A stretch of DNA of 64,000 bases. It comes from Auanema rhodensis. Its lineage: Eukaryota > Animalia > Nematoda. The position numbers and the translations under genes were made by a program. Under the pieces are notes generated by a model. It was given only the letters and a program-made list of their open reading frames with translations, had not been told where the DNA came from and ran no database searches. The stretch lies in assembly GCA_964057225.1 (NCBI GenBank), contig CAXKVF010000074.1, forward strand, positions 372,001 through 436,000. Direction: 5' to 3'. Position 1 is the stretch's first letter. Each line of letters begins with the position of its first letter. This document shows, in pieces, positions 40,601 to 55,794 of this stretch.

Positions 40601-42066
40601 AAGATAAAGAGATGCGGTTTTCAAAATTAGATCCCCCATGTCCATATTAGTCTAAATACTAATTTTTATTGATATTGCTTCATGGTAACCATGACTTTGA
40701 AATTTACGTGAACTTTAATTTATGCTAATTAAATGTACACGTGATGTGCACTTGGTATATAACTCGCTTCACGTGAAAGATAAAGAGATGCGGTTTTCAA
40801 AGTTAGATTCCCCATGTCCATATTAGTCTAAAAACAAATTTTTATTGATATTGGTGCATGGTAACCATGACTTTGAAATTTACGTGAACTTTAATTTATG
40901 CTAATTAAATGTACACGTGATGTGCACTTGGTATGTAACTCGCTTCACGTGAAAGATAAAGAGATGCGGTTTTCAAAATTAGATTCCCCATGTCCATATT
41001 AGTCTAAAAACAAATTTTTATTGATATTGGTGCATGGTAACCATGACTTTGAAATTTACGTGAACTTTAATTTATGCTAATTAAATGTACACGTGATGTG
41101 CACTTGGTATGTAACTTGCTTCACGTGAAAGATAAAGAGATGCGGTTTTCAAAATTAGATTGCCCATGTCCATATTAGTCTAAAAACAAATTTTAATTGA
41201 TATTGGTTCATGGTAACCATGACTTTGAAATTTACGTGAACTTTAATTTATGCTAATTAAATGTACACGTGATGTGCACTTGGTATGTAACTCGCTTCAC
41301 GTGAAAGATAAAGAGATGCGGTTTTCAAAATTAGATTCCCCATGTCCATATTAGTCTAAAAACAAATTTTTATTGATATTGGTGCATGGTAACCATGACT
41401 TTGAAATTTACGTGAACTTTAATTTATGCTAATTAAATGTACACGTGATGTGCACTTGGTATGTAACTTGCTTCACGTGAAAGATAAAGAGATGCGGTTT
41501 TCAAAATTAGATTGCCCATGTCCATATTAGTCTAAAAACAAATTTTAATTGATATTGGTTCATGGTAACCATGACTTTGAAATTTACGTGAACTTTAATT
41601 TATGCTAATTAAATGTACACGTGATGTGCTCTTGGTATGTAACTCGCTTCACGTGAAAGATAAAGAGATGCGGTTTTCAAAATTAGATCCCCCATGTCCA
41701 TATTAGTCTAAATACTAATTTTTATTGATATTGCTTCATGGTAACCATGACTTTGAAATTTACGTGAACTTTAATTTATGCTAATTAAATGTACACGTGA
41801 TGTGCACTTGGTATGTAACTCGCTTCACGTGAAAGATAAAGAGATGCGGTTTTCAAAGTTAGATTCCCCATGTCCATATTAGTCTAAAAACAAATTTTTA
41901 TTGATATTGGTTCATGGTAACCATGACTTTGAAATTTACGTGAACTTTAATTTATGCTAATTAAATGTACACGTGATGTGCACTTGGTATGTAACTCGCT
42001 TCACGTGAAAGATAAAGAGATGCGGTTTTCAAAATTAGATTCCCCATGTCCATATTAGTCTAAAAA

Positions 42067-45000
42067 CAAATTTTTATTGATATTGGTGCATGGTAACCAT
42101 GACTTTGAAATTTACGTGAACTTTAATTTATGCTAATTAAATGTACACGTGATGTGCACTTGGTATGTAACTCGCTTCACGTGAAAGATAAAGAGATGCG
42201 GTTTTCAAAATTAGATTCCCCATGTCCATATTAGTCTAAAAACAAATTTTTATTGATATTGGTGCATGGTAACCATGACTTTGAAATTTACGTGAACTTT
42301 AATTTATGCTAATTAAATGTACACGTGATGTGCACTTGGTATGTAACTCGCTTCACGTGAAAGATAAAGAGATGCGGTTTTCAAAATTAGATTCCCCATG
42401 TCCATATTAGTCTAAAAACAAATTTTTATTGATATTGGTGCATGGTAACCATGACTTTGAAATTTACGTGAACTTTAATTTATGCTAATTAAATGTACAC
42501 GTGATGTGCACTTGGTATGTAACTCGCTTCACGTGAAAGATAAAGAGATGCGGTTTTCAAAATTAGATTCCCCATGTCCATATTAGTCTAAAAACAAATT
42601 TTTATTGATATTGGTTCATGGTAACCATGACTTTGAAATTTACGTGAACTTTAATTTATGCTAATTAAATGTACACGTGATGTGCACTTGGTATGTAACT
42701 CGCTTCACGTGAAAGATAAAGAGATGCGGTTTTCAAAATTAGATTCCCCATGTCCATATTAGTCTAAAAACAAATTTTTATTGATATTGGTGCATGGTAA
42801 CCATGACTTTGAAATTTACGTGAACTTTAATTTATGCTAATTAAATGTACACGTGATGTGCACTTGGCATGTAACTCGCTTCACGTGAAAGATAAAGAGA
42901 TGCGGTTTTCAAAATTAGATCCCCCATGTCCATATTAGTCTAAAAACAAATTTTTATTGATATTGGTGCATGGTAACCATGACTTTGAAATTTACGTGAA
43001 CTTTAATTTATGCTAATTAAATGTACACGTGATGTGCACTTGGTATGTAACTCGCTTCACGTGAAAGATAAAGAGATGCGGTTTTCAAAATTAGATTCCC
43101 CATGTCGATATTAGTCTAAAAACAAATTTTTATTGATATTGGTTCATGGTAACCATGACTTTGAAATTTACGTGAACTTTAATTTATGCTAATTAAATGT
43201 ACACGTGATGTGCACTTGGTATGTAACTCGCTTCACGTGAAAGATAAAGAGATGCGGTTTTCAAAATTAGATTCCCCATGTCCATATTAGTCTAAAAACA
43301 AATTTTTATTGATATTGGTGCCTGGTAACCATGACTTTGAAATTTACGTGAACTTTAATTTATGCTAATTAAATGTACACGTGATGTGCACTTGGTATGT
43401 AACTCGCTTCACGTAAAAGATAAAGAGATGCGGTTTTCAAAATTAGATTCCCCATGTCCATATTAGTCTAAAAACAAATTTTTATTGATATTGGTGCATG
43501 GTAACCATGACTTTGAATTTTACGTGAACTTTAATTTATGCTAATTAAATGTACACGTGATGTGCACTTGGTATGTAACTCGCTTCAAGTGAAAGATAAA
43601 GAGATGCGGTTTTCAAGATTAGATTCCCCATGTCCATATTAGTCTAAAAACAAATTTTTATTGATATTGCTTCATGGTAACCATGACTTTGAAATTTACG
43701 TGAACTTTAATTTATGCTAATTAAATGTACACGTGATGTGCACTTGGTATGTAACTCACTTCACGTAAAAGATAAAGAGATGCGGTTTTCAAAATTAGAT
43801 TCCCCATGTCCATATTAGTCTAAAAACAAATTTTAATTGATATTGGTTCATGGTAACCATGACTTTGAAATTTACGTGAACTTTAATTTATGCTAATTAA
43901 ATGTACACGTGATGTGCACTTGGTATGTAACTCGCTTCACGTGAAAGATAAAGAGATGCGGTTTTCAAAGTTAGATTCCCCATGTCCATATTAGTCTAAA
44001 AACAAATTTTTATTGATATTGGTGCATGGTAACCATGACTTTGAAATTTACGTGAACTTTAATTTATGCTAATTAAATGTACACGTGATGTGCACTTGGT
44101 ATGTAACTCGCTTCACGTGAAAGATGAAGAGATGCGGTTTTCAAAATTAGATTCCCCATGTCCATATTAGTCTAAAAACAAATTTTTATTGATATTGGTG
44201 CATGGTAACCATGACTTTGAAATTTACGTGAACTTTAATTTATGCTAATTAAATGTACACGTGATGTGCACTTGGTATGTAACTCGCTTCACGTGAAAGA
44301 TAAAGAGATGCGGTTTTCAAAATTAGATTCCCCATGTCCATATTAGTCTAAAAACAAATTTTTATTGATATTGGTGCATGGTAACCATGACTTTGAAATT
44401 TACGTGAACTTTAATTTATGCTAATTAAATGTACACGTGATGTGCACTTGGTATGTAACTCGCTTCACGTGAAAGATAAAGAGATGCGGTTTTCAAAATT
44501 AGATTGCCCATGTCCATATTAGTCTAAAAACAAATTTTAATTGATATTGGTTCATGGTAACCATGACTTTGAAATTTACGTGAACTTTAATTTATGCTAA
44601 TTAAATGTACACGTGATGTGCACTTGGTATGTAACTCGCTTCACGTGAAAGATAAAGAGATGCGGTTTTCAAAATTAGATTTCCCATGCCCATATTAGTC
44701 TAAAAACAAATTTTTATTGATATTGGTGCATGGTAACCATGACTTTGAAATTTACGTGAACTTTAATTTATGCTAATTAAATGTACACGTGATGTGCACT
44801 TGGTATGTAACTCGCTTCACGTAAAAGATAAAGAGATGCGGTTTTCAAAATTAGATTGCCCATGTCCATATTAGTCTGAAAACAAATTTTTATTGATATT
44901 GGTGCATGGTAACCATGACTTTGAAATTTACGTGAACTTTAATTTATGCTAATTAAATGTACACGTGATGTGCACTCGGTATGTAACTCGCTTCACGTGA

Positions 45001-48000
45001 AAGATAAAGAGATGCGGTTTTCAAAATTAGATTCCTCATGTCCATATTAGTCTAAAAACAAATTTTTATTGATATTGGTGCATGGTAACCATGACTTTGA
45101 AATTTACGTGAACTTTAATTTATGCTAATTAAATGTACACGTGATGTGCACTTGGTATGTAACTCGCTTCACGTGAAAGATAAAGAGATGCGGTTTTCAA
45201 AATTAGATTGCCCATGTCCATATTAGTCTAAAAACAAATTTTTATTGATATTGGTTCATGGTAACCATGACTTTGAAATTTACGTGAACTTTAATTTATG
45301 CTAATTAAATGTACACGTGATGTGCACTTGGTATGTAACTCGCTTCACGTGAAAGATAAAGAGATACGGTTTTCAAAATTAGATTCCCCATGTCCATATT
45401 AGTCTAAAAACAAATTTTTATTGATATTGGTGCATGGTAACCGTGACTTTGAAATTTACGTGAACTTTAATTTATGCTAATTAAATGTACACGTGATGTG
45501 CACTTGGTATGTAACTCGCTTCACGTGAAAGATAAAGAGATGCGGTTTTCAAAATTAGATTGCCCATGTCCATATTAGTCTAAAAACAAATTTTAATTGA
45601 TATTGGTTCATGGTAACCATGACTTTGAAATTTACGTGAACATTAATTTATGCTAATTAAATGTACACGTGATGTGCACTTGGTATGTAACTCGCTTCAC
45701 GTGAAAGATAAAGAGATGCGGTTTTCAAAATTAGATTCCCCATGTCCATATTAGTCTAAAAACAAATTTTTATTGATATTGGTGCATGGTAACCATGACT
45801 TTGAAATTTACGTGAACTTTAATTTATGCTAATTAAATGTACACGTGATGTGCACTTGGTATGTAACTCGCTTCACGTGAAAGATAAAGAGATGCGGTTT
45901 TCAAAATTAGATTCCCCATGTCCATATTAGTCTAAAAACAAATTTTTATTGATATTGGTGCATGGTAACCATGACTTTGAAATTTACGTGAACTTTAATT
46001 TATGCTAATTAAATGTACACGTGATGTGCACTTGGTATGTAACTCGCTTCACGTGAAAGATAAAGAGATGCGGTTTTCAAAATTAGATTCCCCATGTCCA
46101 TATTAGTCTAAAAACAAATTTTTATTGATATTGGTGCATGGTAACCATGACTTTGAAATTTACGTGAACTTTAATTTATGCTAATTAAATGTACACGTGA
46201 TGTGCACTTGGTATGTAACTCGCTTCACGTGAAAGATAAAGAGATGCGGTTTTCAAAATTAGATTCCCCATGTCCATATTAGTCTAAAAACAAATTTTTA
46301 TTGATATTGGTTCATGGTAACCATGACTTTGAAATTTACGTGAACTTTAATTTATGCTAATTAAATGTACACGTGATGTGCACTTGGTATGTAACTCGCT
46401 TCACGTGAAAGATAAAGAGATGCGGTTTTCAAAATTAGATTCCCCATGTCCATATTAGTCTAAAAACAAATTTTTATTGATATTGGTGCATGGTAACCAT
46501 GACTTTGAAATTTACGTGAACTTTAATTTATGCTAATTAAATGTACACGTGATGTGCACTTGGTATGTAACTCGCTTCACGTGAAAGATAAAGAGATGCG
46601 GTTTTCAAAATTAGATCCCCCATGTCCATATTAGTCTAAAAACAAATTTTTATTGATATTGGTGCATGGTAACCATGACTTTGAAATTTACGTGAACTTT
46701 AATTTATGCTAATTAAATGTACACGTGATGTGCACTTGGTATGTAACTCGCTTCACGTGAAAGATAAAGAGATGCGGTTTTCAAAATTAGATTCCCCATG
46801 TCGATATTAGTCTAAAAACAAATTTTTATTGATATTGGTTCATGGTAACCATGACTTTGAAATTTACGTGAACTTTAATTTATGCTAATTAAATGTACAC
46901 GTGATGTGCACTTGGTATGTAACTCGCTTCACGTGAAAGATAAAGAGATGCGGTTTTCAAAATTAGATTCCCCATGTCCATATTAGTCTAAAAACAAATT
47001 TTTATTGATATTGGTGCCTGGTAACCATGACTTTGAAATTTACGTGAACTTTAATTTATGCTAATTAAATGTACACGTGATGTGCACTTGGTATGTAACT
47101 CGCTTCACGTAAAAGATAAAGAGATGCGGTTTTCAAAATTAGATTCCCCATGTCCATATTAGTCTAAAAACAAATTTTTATTGATATTGGTGCATGGTAA
47201 CCATGACTTTGAATTTTACGTGAACTTTAATTTATGCTAATTAAATGTACACGTGATGTGCACTTGGTATGTAACTCGCTTCAAGTGAAAGATAAAGAGA
47301 TGCGGTTTTCAAGATTAGATTCCCCATGTCCATATTAGTCTAAAAACAAATTTTTATTGATATTGCTTCATGGTAACCATGACTTTGAAATTTACGTGAA
47401 CTTTAATTTATGCTAATTAAATGTACACGTGATGTGCACTTGGTATGTAACTCACTTCACGTAAAAGATAAAGAGATGCGGTTTTCAAAATTAGATTCCC
47501 CATGTCCATATTAGTCTAAAAACAAATTTTAATTGATATTGGTTCATGGTAACCATGACTTTGAAATTTACGTGAACTTTAATTTATGCTAATTAAATGT
47601 ACACGTGATGTGCACTTGGTATGTAACTCGCTTCACGTGAAAGATAAAGAGATGCGGTTTTCAAAGTTAGATTCCCCATGTCCATATTAGTCTAAAAACA
47701 AATTTTTATTGATATTGGTGCATGGTAACCATGACTTTGAAATTTACGTGAACTTTAATTTATGCTAATTAAATGTACACGTGATGTGCACTTGGTATGT
47801 AACTCGCTTCACGTGAAAGATGAAGAGATGCGGTTTTCAAAATTAGATTCCCCATGTCCATATTAGTCTAAAAACAAATTTTTATTGATATTGGTGCATG
47901 GTAACCATGACTTTGAAATTTACGTGAACTTTAATTTATGCTAATTAAATGTACACGTGATGTGCACTTGGTATGTAACTCGCTTCACGTGAAAGATAAA

Positions 48001-51000
48001 GAGATGCGGTTTTCAAAATTAGATTCCCCATGTCCATATTAGTCTAAAAACAAATTTTTATTGATATTGGTGCATGGTAACCATGACTTTGAAATTTACG
48101 TGAACTTTAATTTATGCTAATTAAATGTACACGTGATGTGCACTTGGTATGTAACTCGCTTCACGTGAAAGATAAAGAGATGCGGTTTTCAAAATTAGAT
48201 TGCCCATGTCCATATTAGTCTAAAAACAAATTTTAATTGATATTGGTTCATGGTAACCATGACTTTGAAATTTACGTGAACTTTAATTTATGCTAATTAA
48301 ATGTACACGTGATGTGCACTTGGTATGTAACTCGCTTCACGTGAAAGATAAAGAGATGCGGTTTTCAAAATTAGATTGCCCATGCCCATATTAGTCTAAA
48401 AACAAATTTTTATTGATATTGGTGCATGGTAACCATGACTTTGAAATTTACGTGAACTTTAATTTATGCTAATTAAATGTACACGTGATGTGCACTTGGT
48501 ATGTAACTCGCTTCACGTAAAAGATAAAGAGATGCGGTTTTCAAAATTAGATTGCCCATGTCCATATTAGTCTGAAAACAAATTTTTATTGATATTGGTG
48601 CATGGTAACCATGACTTTGAAATTTACGTGAACTTTAATTTATGCTAATTAAATGTACACGTGATGTGCACTTGGTATGTAACTCGCTTCACGTAAAAGA
48701 TAAAGAGATGCGGTTTTCAAAATTAGATTCCCCATGTCCATATTAGTCTAAAAACAAATTTTTATTGATATTGGTGCATGGTAACCATGACTTTGAATTT
48801 TACGTGAACTTTAATTTATGCTAATTAAATGTACACGTGATGTGCACTTGGTATGTAACTCGCTTCAAGTGAAAGATAAAGAGATGCGGTTTTCAAGATT
48901 AGATTCCCCATGTCCATATTAGTCTAAAAACAAATTTTTATTGATATTGCTTCATGGTAACCATGACTTTGAAATTTACGTGAACTTTAATTTATGCTAA
49001 TTAAATGTACACGTGATGTGCACTTGGTATGTAACTCACTTCACGTAAAAGATAAAGAGATGCGGTTTTCAAAATTAGATTCCCCATGTCCATATTAGTC
49101 TAAAAACAAATTTTAATTGATATTGGTTCATGGTAACCATGACTTTGAAATTTACGTGAACTTTAATTTATGCTAATTAAATGTACACGTGATGTGCACT
49201 TGGTATGTAACTCGCTTCACGTGAAAGATAAAGAGATGCGGTTTTCAAAGTTAGATTCCCCATGTCCATATTAGTCTAAAAACAAATTTTTATTGATATT
49301 GGTGCATGGTAACCATGACTTTGAAATTTACGTGAACTTTAATTTATGCTAATTAAATGTACACGTGATGTGCACTTGGTATGTAACTCGCTTCACGTGA
49401 AAGATGAAGAGATGCGGTTTTCAAAATTAGATTCCCCATGTCCATATTAGTCTAAAAACAAATTTTTATTGATATTGGTGCATGGTAACCATGACTTTGA
49501 AATTTACGTGAACTTTAATTTATGCTAATTAAATGTACACGTGATGTGCACTTGGTATGTAACTCGCTTCACGTGAAAGATAAAGAGATGCGGTTTTCAA
49601 AATTAGATTCCCCATGTCCATATTAGTCTAAAAACAAATTTTTATTGATATTGGTGCATGGTAACCATGACTTTGAAATTTACGTGAACTTTAATTTATG
49701 CTAATTAAATGTACACGTGATGTGCACTTGGTATGTAACTCGCTTCACGTGAAAGATAAAGAGATGCGGTTTTCAAAATTAGATTGCCCATGTCCATATT
49801 AGTCTAAAAACAAATTTTAATTGATATTGGTTCATGGTAACCATGACTTTGAAATTTACGTGAACTTTAATTTATGCTAATTAAATGTACACGTGATGTG
49901 CACTTGGTATGTAACTCGCTTCACGTGAAAGATAAAGAGATGCGGTTTTCAAAATTAGATTGCCCATGCCCATATTAGTCTAAAAACAAATTTTTATTGA
50001 TATTGGTGCATGGTAACCATGACTTTGAAATTTACGTGAACTTTAATTTATGCTAATTAAATGTACACGTGATGTGCACTTGGTATGTAACTCGCTTCAC
50101 GTAAAAGATAAAGAGATGCGGTTTTCAAAATTAGATTGCCCATGTCCATATTAGTCTGAAAACAAATTTTTATTGATATTGGTGCATGGTAACCATGACT
50201 TTGAAATTTACGTGAACTTTAATTTATGCTAATTAAATGTACACGTGATGTGCACTCGGTATGTAACTCGCTTCACGTGAAAGATAAAGAGATGCGGTTT
50301 TCAAAATTAGATTCCTCATGTCCATATTAGTCTAAAAACAAATTTTTATTGATATTGGTGCATGGTAACCATGACTTTGAAATTTACGTGAACTTTAATT
50401 TATGCTAATTAAATGTACACGTGATGTGCACTTGGTATGTAACTCGCTTCACGTGAAAGATAAAGAGATGCGGTTTTCAAAATTAGATTGCCCATGCCCA
50501 TATTAGTCTAAAAACAAATTTTTATTGATATTGGTGCATGGTAACCATGACTTTGAAATTTACGTGAACTTTAATTTATGCTAATTAAATGTACACGTGA
50601 TGTGCACTTGGTATGTAACTCGCTTCACGTAAAAGATAAAGAGATGCGGTTTTCAAAATTAGATTGCCCATGTCCATATTAGTCTGAAAACAAATTTTTA
50701 TTGATATTGGTGCATGGTAACCATGACTTTGAAATTTACGTGAACTTTAATTTATGCTAATTAAATGTACACGTGATGTGCACTCGGTATGTAACTCGCT
50801 TCACGTGAAAGATAAAGAGATGCGGTTTTCAAAATTAGATTCCTCATGTCCATATTAGTCTAAAAACAAATTTTTATTGATATTGGTGCATGGTAACCAT
50901 GACTTTGAAATTTACGTGAACTTTAATTTATGCTAATTAAATGTACACGTGATGTGCACTTGGTATGTAACTCGCTTCACGTGAAAGATAAAGAGATGCG

Positions 51001-54000
51001 GTTTTCAAAATTAGATTGCCCATGTCCATATTAGTCTAAAAACAAATTTTTATTGATATTGGTTCATGGTAACCATGACTTTGAAATTTACGTGAACTTT
51101 AATTTATGCTAATTAAATGTACACGTGATGTGCACTTGGTATGTAACTCGCTTCACGTGAAAGATAAAGAGATACGGTTTTCAAAATTAGATTCCCCATG
51201 TCCATATTAGTCTAAAAACAAATTTTTATTGATATTGGTGCATGGTAACCGTGACTTTGAAATTTACGTGAACTTTAATTTATGCTAATTAAATGTACAC
51301 GTGATGTGCACTTGGTATGTAACTCGCTTCACGTGAAAGATAAAGAGATGCGGTTTTCAAAATTAGATTGCCCATGTCCATATTAGTCTAAAAACAAATT
51401 TTAATTGATATTGGTTCATGGTAACCATGACTTTGAAATTTACGTGAACATTAATTTATGCTAATTAAATGTACACGTGATGTGCACTTGGTATGTAACT
51501 CGCTTCACGTGAAAGATAAAGAGATGCGGTTTTCAAAATTAGATTCCCCATGTCCATATTAGTCTAAAAACAAATTTTTATTGATATTGGTGCATGGTAA
51601 CCATGACTTTGAAATTTACGTGAACTTTAATTTATGCTAATTAAATGTACACGTGATGTGCACTTGGTATGTAACTCGCTTCACGTGAAAGATAAAGAGA
51701 TGCGGTTTTCAAAATTAGATTCCCCATGTCCATATTAGTCTAAAAACGAATTTTTATTGATATTGGTGCATGGTAACCACGACTTTGAAATTTACGTGAA
51801 CTTTAATTTATGCTAATTAAATGTACACGTGATGTGCACTTGGTATGTAACTCGCTTCACGTGAAAGATAAAGAGATGCGGTTTTCAAAATTAGATTCCC
51901 CATGTCCATATTAGTCTAAAAACAAATTTTTATTGATATTGGTTCATGGTAACCATGACTTTGAAATTTACGTGAACTTTAATTTATGCTAATTAAATGT
52001 ACACGTGATGTGCACTTGGTATGTAACTCGCTTCACGTGAAAGATAAAGAGATGCGGTTTTCAAAATTAGATTCCCCATGTCCATATTAGTCTAAAAACA
52101 AATTTTTATTGATATTGGTGCATGGTAACCATGACTTTGAAATTTACGTGAACTTTAATTTATGCTAATTAAATGTACACGTGATGTGCACTTGGTATGT
52201 AACTCGCTTCACGTGAAAGATAAAGAGATGCGGTTTTCAAAATTAGATTCCCCATGTCCATATTAGTCTAAAAACGAATTTTTATTGATATTGGTGCATG
52301 GTAACCACGACTTTGAAATTTACGTGAACTTTAATTTATGCTAATTAAATGTACACGTGATGTGCACTTGGTATGTAACTCGCTTCACGTGAAAGATAAA
52401 GAGATGCGGTTTTCAAAATTAGATTCCCCATGTCCATATTAGTCTAAAAACAAATTTTTATTGATATTGGTGCATGGTAACCATGACTTTGAAATTTACG
52501 TGAACTTTAATTTATGCTAATTAAATGTACACGTGATGTGCACTTGGTATGTAACTCGCTTCACGTGAAAGATAAAGAGATGCGGTTTTCAAAATTAGAT
52601 TCCCCATGTCCATATTAGTCTAAAAACGAATTTTTATTGATATTGGTGCATGGTAACCACGACTTTGAAATTTACGTGAACTTTAATTTATGCTAATTAA
52701 ATGTACACGTGATGTGCACTTGGTATGTAACTCGCTTCACGTGAAAGATAAAGAGATGCGGTTTTCAAAATTAGATTGCCCATGTCCATATTAGTCTAAA
52801 AACAAATTGTTATTGATATTGGTTCATGGTAACCATGACTTTGAAATTTACGTGAACTTTAATTTATGCTAATTAAATGTACACGTGATGTGCACTTGGT
52901 ATGTAACTCGCTTCACGTGAAAGATAAAGAGATGCGGTTTTCAAAATTAGATTCCCCATGTCCATATTAGTCTAAAAACAAATTTTTATTGATATTGGTG
53001 CATGGTAACCATGACTTTGAAATTTACGTGAACTTTAATTTATGCTAATTAAATGTACACGTGATGTGCACTTGGTATGTAACTCGCTTCACGTGAAAGA
53101 TGAAGAGATGCGGTTTTCAAAATTAGATTCCCCATGTCCATATTAGTCTAAAAACAAATTTTTATTGATATTGGTGCATGGTAACCATGACTTTGAAATT
53201 TACGTGAACTTTAATTTATGCTAATTAAATGTACACGTGATGTGCACTTGGTATGTAACTCGCTTCACGTGAAAGATAAAGAGATGCGGTTTTCAAAATT
53301 AGATCCCCCATGTCCATATTAGTCTAAAAACAAATTTTTATTGATATTGGTTCATGGTAACCATGACTTTGAAATTTACGTGAACTTTAATTTATGCTAA
53401 TTAAATGTACACGTGATGTGCACTTGGTATGTAACTCGCTTCACGTGAAAGATAAAAAGATGCGGTTTTCAAAATTAGATTCCCCATGTCCATATTAGTC
53501 TAAAAACGAATTTTTATTGATATTGGTGCATGGTAACCACGACTTTGAAATTTACGTGAACTTTAATTTATGCTAATTAAATGTACACGTGATGTGCACT
53601 TGGTATGTAACTCGCTTCACGTGAAAGATAAAGAGATGCGGTTTTCAAAATTAGATTCCCCATGTCCATATTAGTCTAAAAACAAATTTTTATTGATATT
53701 GGTTCATGGTAACCATGACTTTGAAATTTACGTGAACTTTAATTTATGCTAATTAAATGTACACGTGATGTGCACTTGGTATGTAACTCGCTTCACGTGA
53801 AAGATAAAGAGATGCGGTTTTCAAAGTTAGATTCCCCATGTCCATATTAGTCTGAAAACAAATTTTTATTGATATTGGTTCATGGTAACCATGACTTTGA
53901 AATTTACGTGAACTTTAATTTATGCTAATTAAATGTACACGTGATGTGCACTTGGTATGTAACTCGCTTCACGTGAAAGATAAAGAGATGCGGTTTTCAA

Positions 54001-55794
54001 AATTAGATTCCCCATGTCCATATTAGTCTAAAAACAAATTTTTATTGATATTGGTGCATGGTAACCATGACTTTGAAATTTACGTGAACTTTAATTTATG
54101 CTAATTAAATGTACACGTGATGTGCACTTGGTATGTAACTCGCTTCACGTGAAAGATAAAGAGATGCGGTTTTCAAAATTAGATTCCCCATGTCCATATT
54201 AGTCTAAAAACAAATTTTTATTGATATTGGTGCATGGTAACCATGACTTTGAAATTTACGTGAACTTTAATTTATGCTAATTAAATGTACACGTGATGTG
54301 CACTTGGTATGTAACTCGCTTCACGTGAAAGATAAAGAGATGCGGTTTTCAAAATTAGATTCCCCATGTCCATATTAGTCTAAAAACAAATTTTTATTGA
54401 TATTGGTGCATGGTAACCATGACTTTGAAATTTACGTGAACTTTAATTTATGCTAATTAAATGTACACGTGATGTGCACTTGGTATGTAACTCGCTTCAC
54501 GTGAAAGATAAAGAGATGCGGTTTTCAAAATTAGATTCCCCATGTCCATATTAGTCTAAAAACAAATTTTTATTGATATTGGTTCATGGTAACCATGACT
54601 TTGAAATTTACGTGAACTTTAATTTATGCTAATTAAATGTACACGTGATGTGCACTTGGTATGTAACTCGCTTCACGTGAAAGATAAAGAGATGCGGTTT
54701 TCAAAATTAGATTCCCCATGTCCATATTAGTCTAAAAACAAATTTTTATTGATATTGGTGCATGGTAACCATGACTTTGAAATTTACGTGAACTTTAATT
54801 TATGCTAATTAAATGTACACGTGATGTGCACTTGGTATGTAACTCGCTTCACTTGAAAGATAAAGAGATGCGGTTTTCAAAATTAGATCCCCCATGTCCA
54901 TATTAGTCTAAAAACAAATTTTTATTGATATTGGTGCATGGTAACCATGACTTTGAAATTTACGTGAACTTTAATTTATGCTAATTAAATGTACACGTGA
55001 TGTGCACTTGGTATGTAACTCGCTTCACGTGAAAGATAAAGAGATGCGGTTTTCAAAATTAGATTCCCCATGTCGATATTAGTCTAAAAACAAATTTTTA
55101 TTGATATTGGTTCATGGTAACCATGACTTTGAAATTTACGTGAACTTTAATTTATGCTAATTAAATGTACACGTGATGTGCACTTGGTATGTAACTCGCT
55201 TCACGTGAAAGATAAAGAGATGCGGTTTTCAAAATTAGATTCCCCATGTCCATATTAGTCTAAAAACAAATTTTTATTGATATTGGTGCCTGGTAACCAT
55301 GACTTTGAAATTTACGTGAACTTTAATTTATGCTAATTAAATGTACACGTGATGTGCACTTGGTATGTAACTCGCTTCACGTAAAAGATAAAGAGATGCG
55401 GTTTCCAAAATTAGATTCCCCATGTCCATATTAGTCTAAAAACAAATTTTTATTGATATTGGTGCATGGTAACCATGACTTTGAATTTTACGTGAACTTT
55501 AATTTATGCTAATTAAATGTACACGTGATGTGCACTTGGTATGTAACTCGCTTCAAGTGAAAGATAAAGAGATGCGGTTTTCAAGATTAGATTCCCCATG
55601 TCCATATTAGTCTAAAAACAAATTTTTATTGATATTGCTTCATGGTAACCATGACTTTGAAATTTACGTGAACTTTAATTTATGCTAATTAAATGTACAC
55701 GTGATGTGCACTTGGTATGTAACTCACTTCACGTAAAAGATAAAGAGATGCGGTTTTCAAAATTAGATTCCCCATGTCCATATTGGTCTAAAAA
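42067..55794. repeat. 21-monomer (3696-bp) duplication with nested 9- and 3-monomer duplications and a distant partial third copy; left boundary approximate
   Basis: C161G at 43107/46803/55075; A24C at 43322/47018/55290; C114A at 43588/47284/48868/55556; T159C at 44689/48385/49969/50497; G132A at 45366/51174. Confidence 0.85.
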
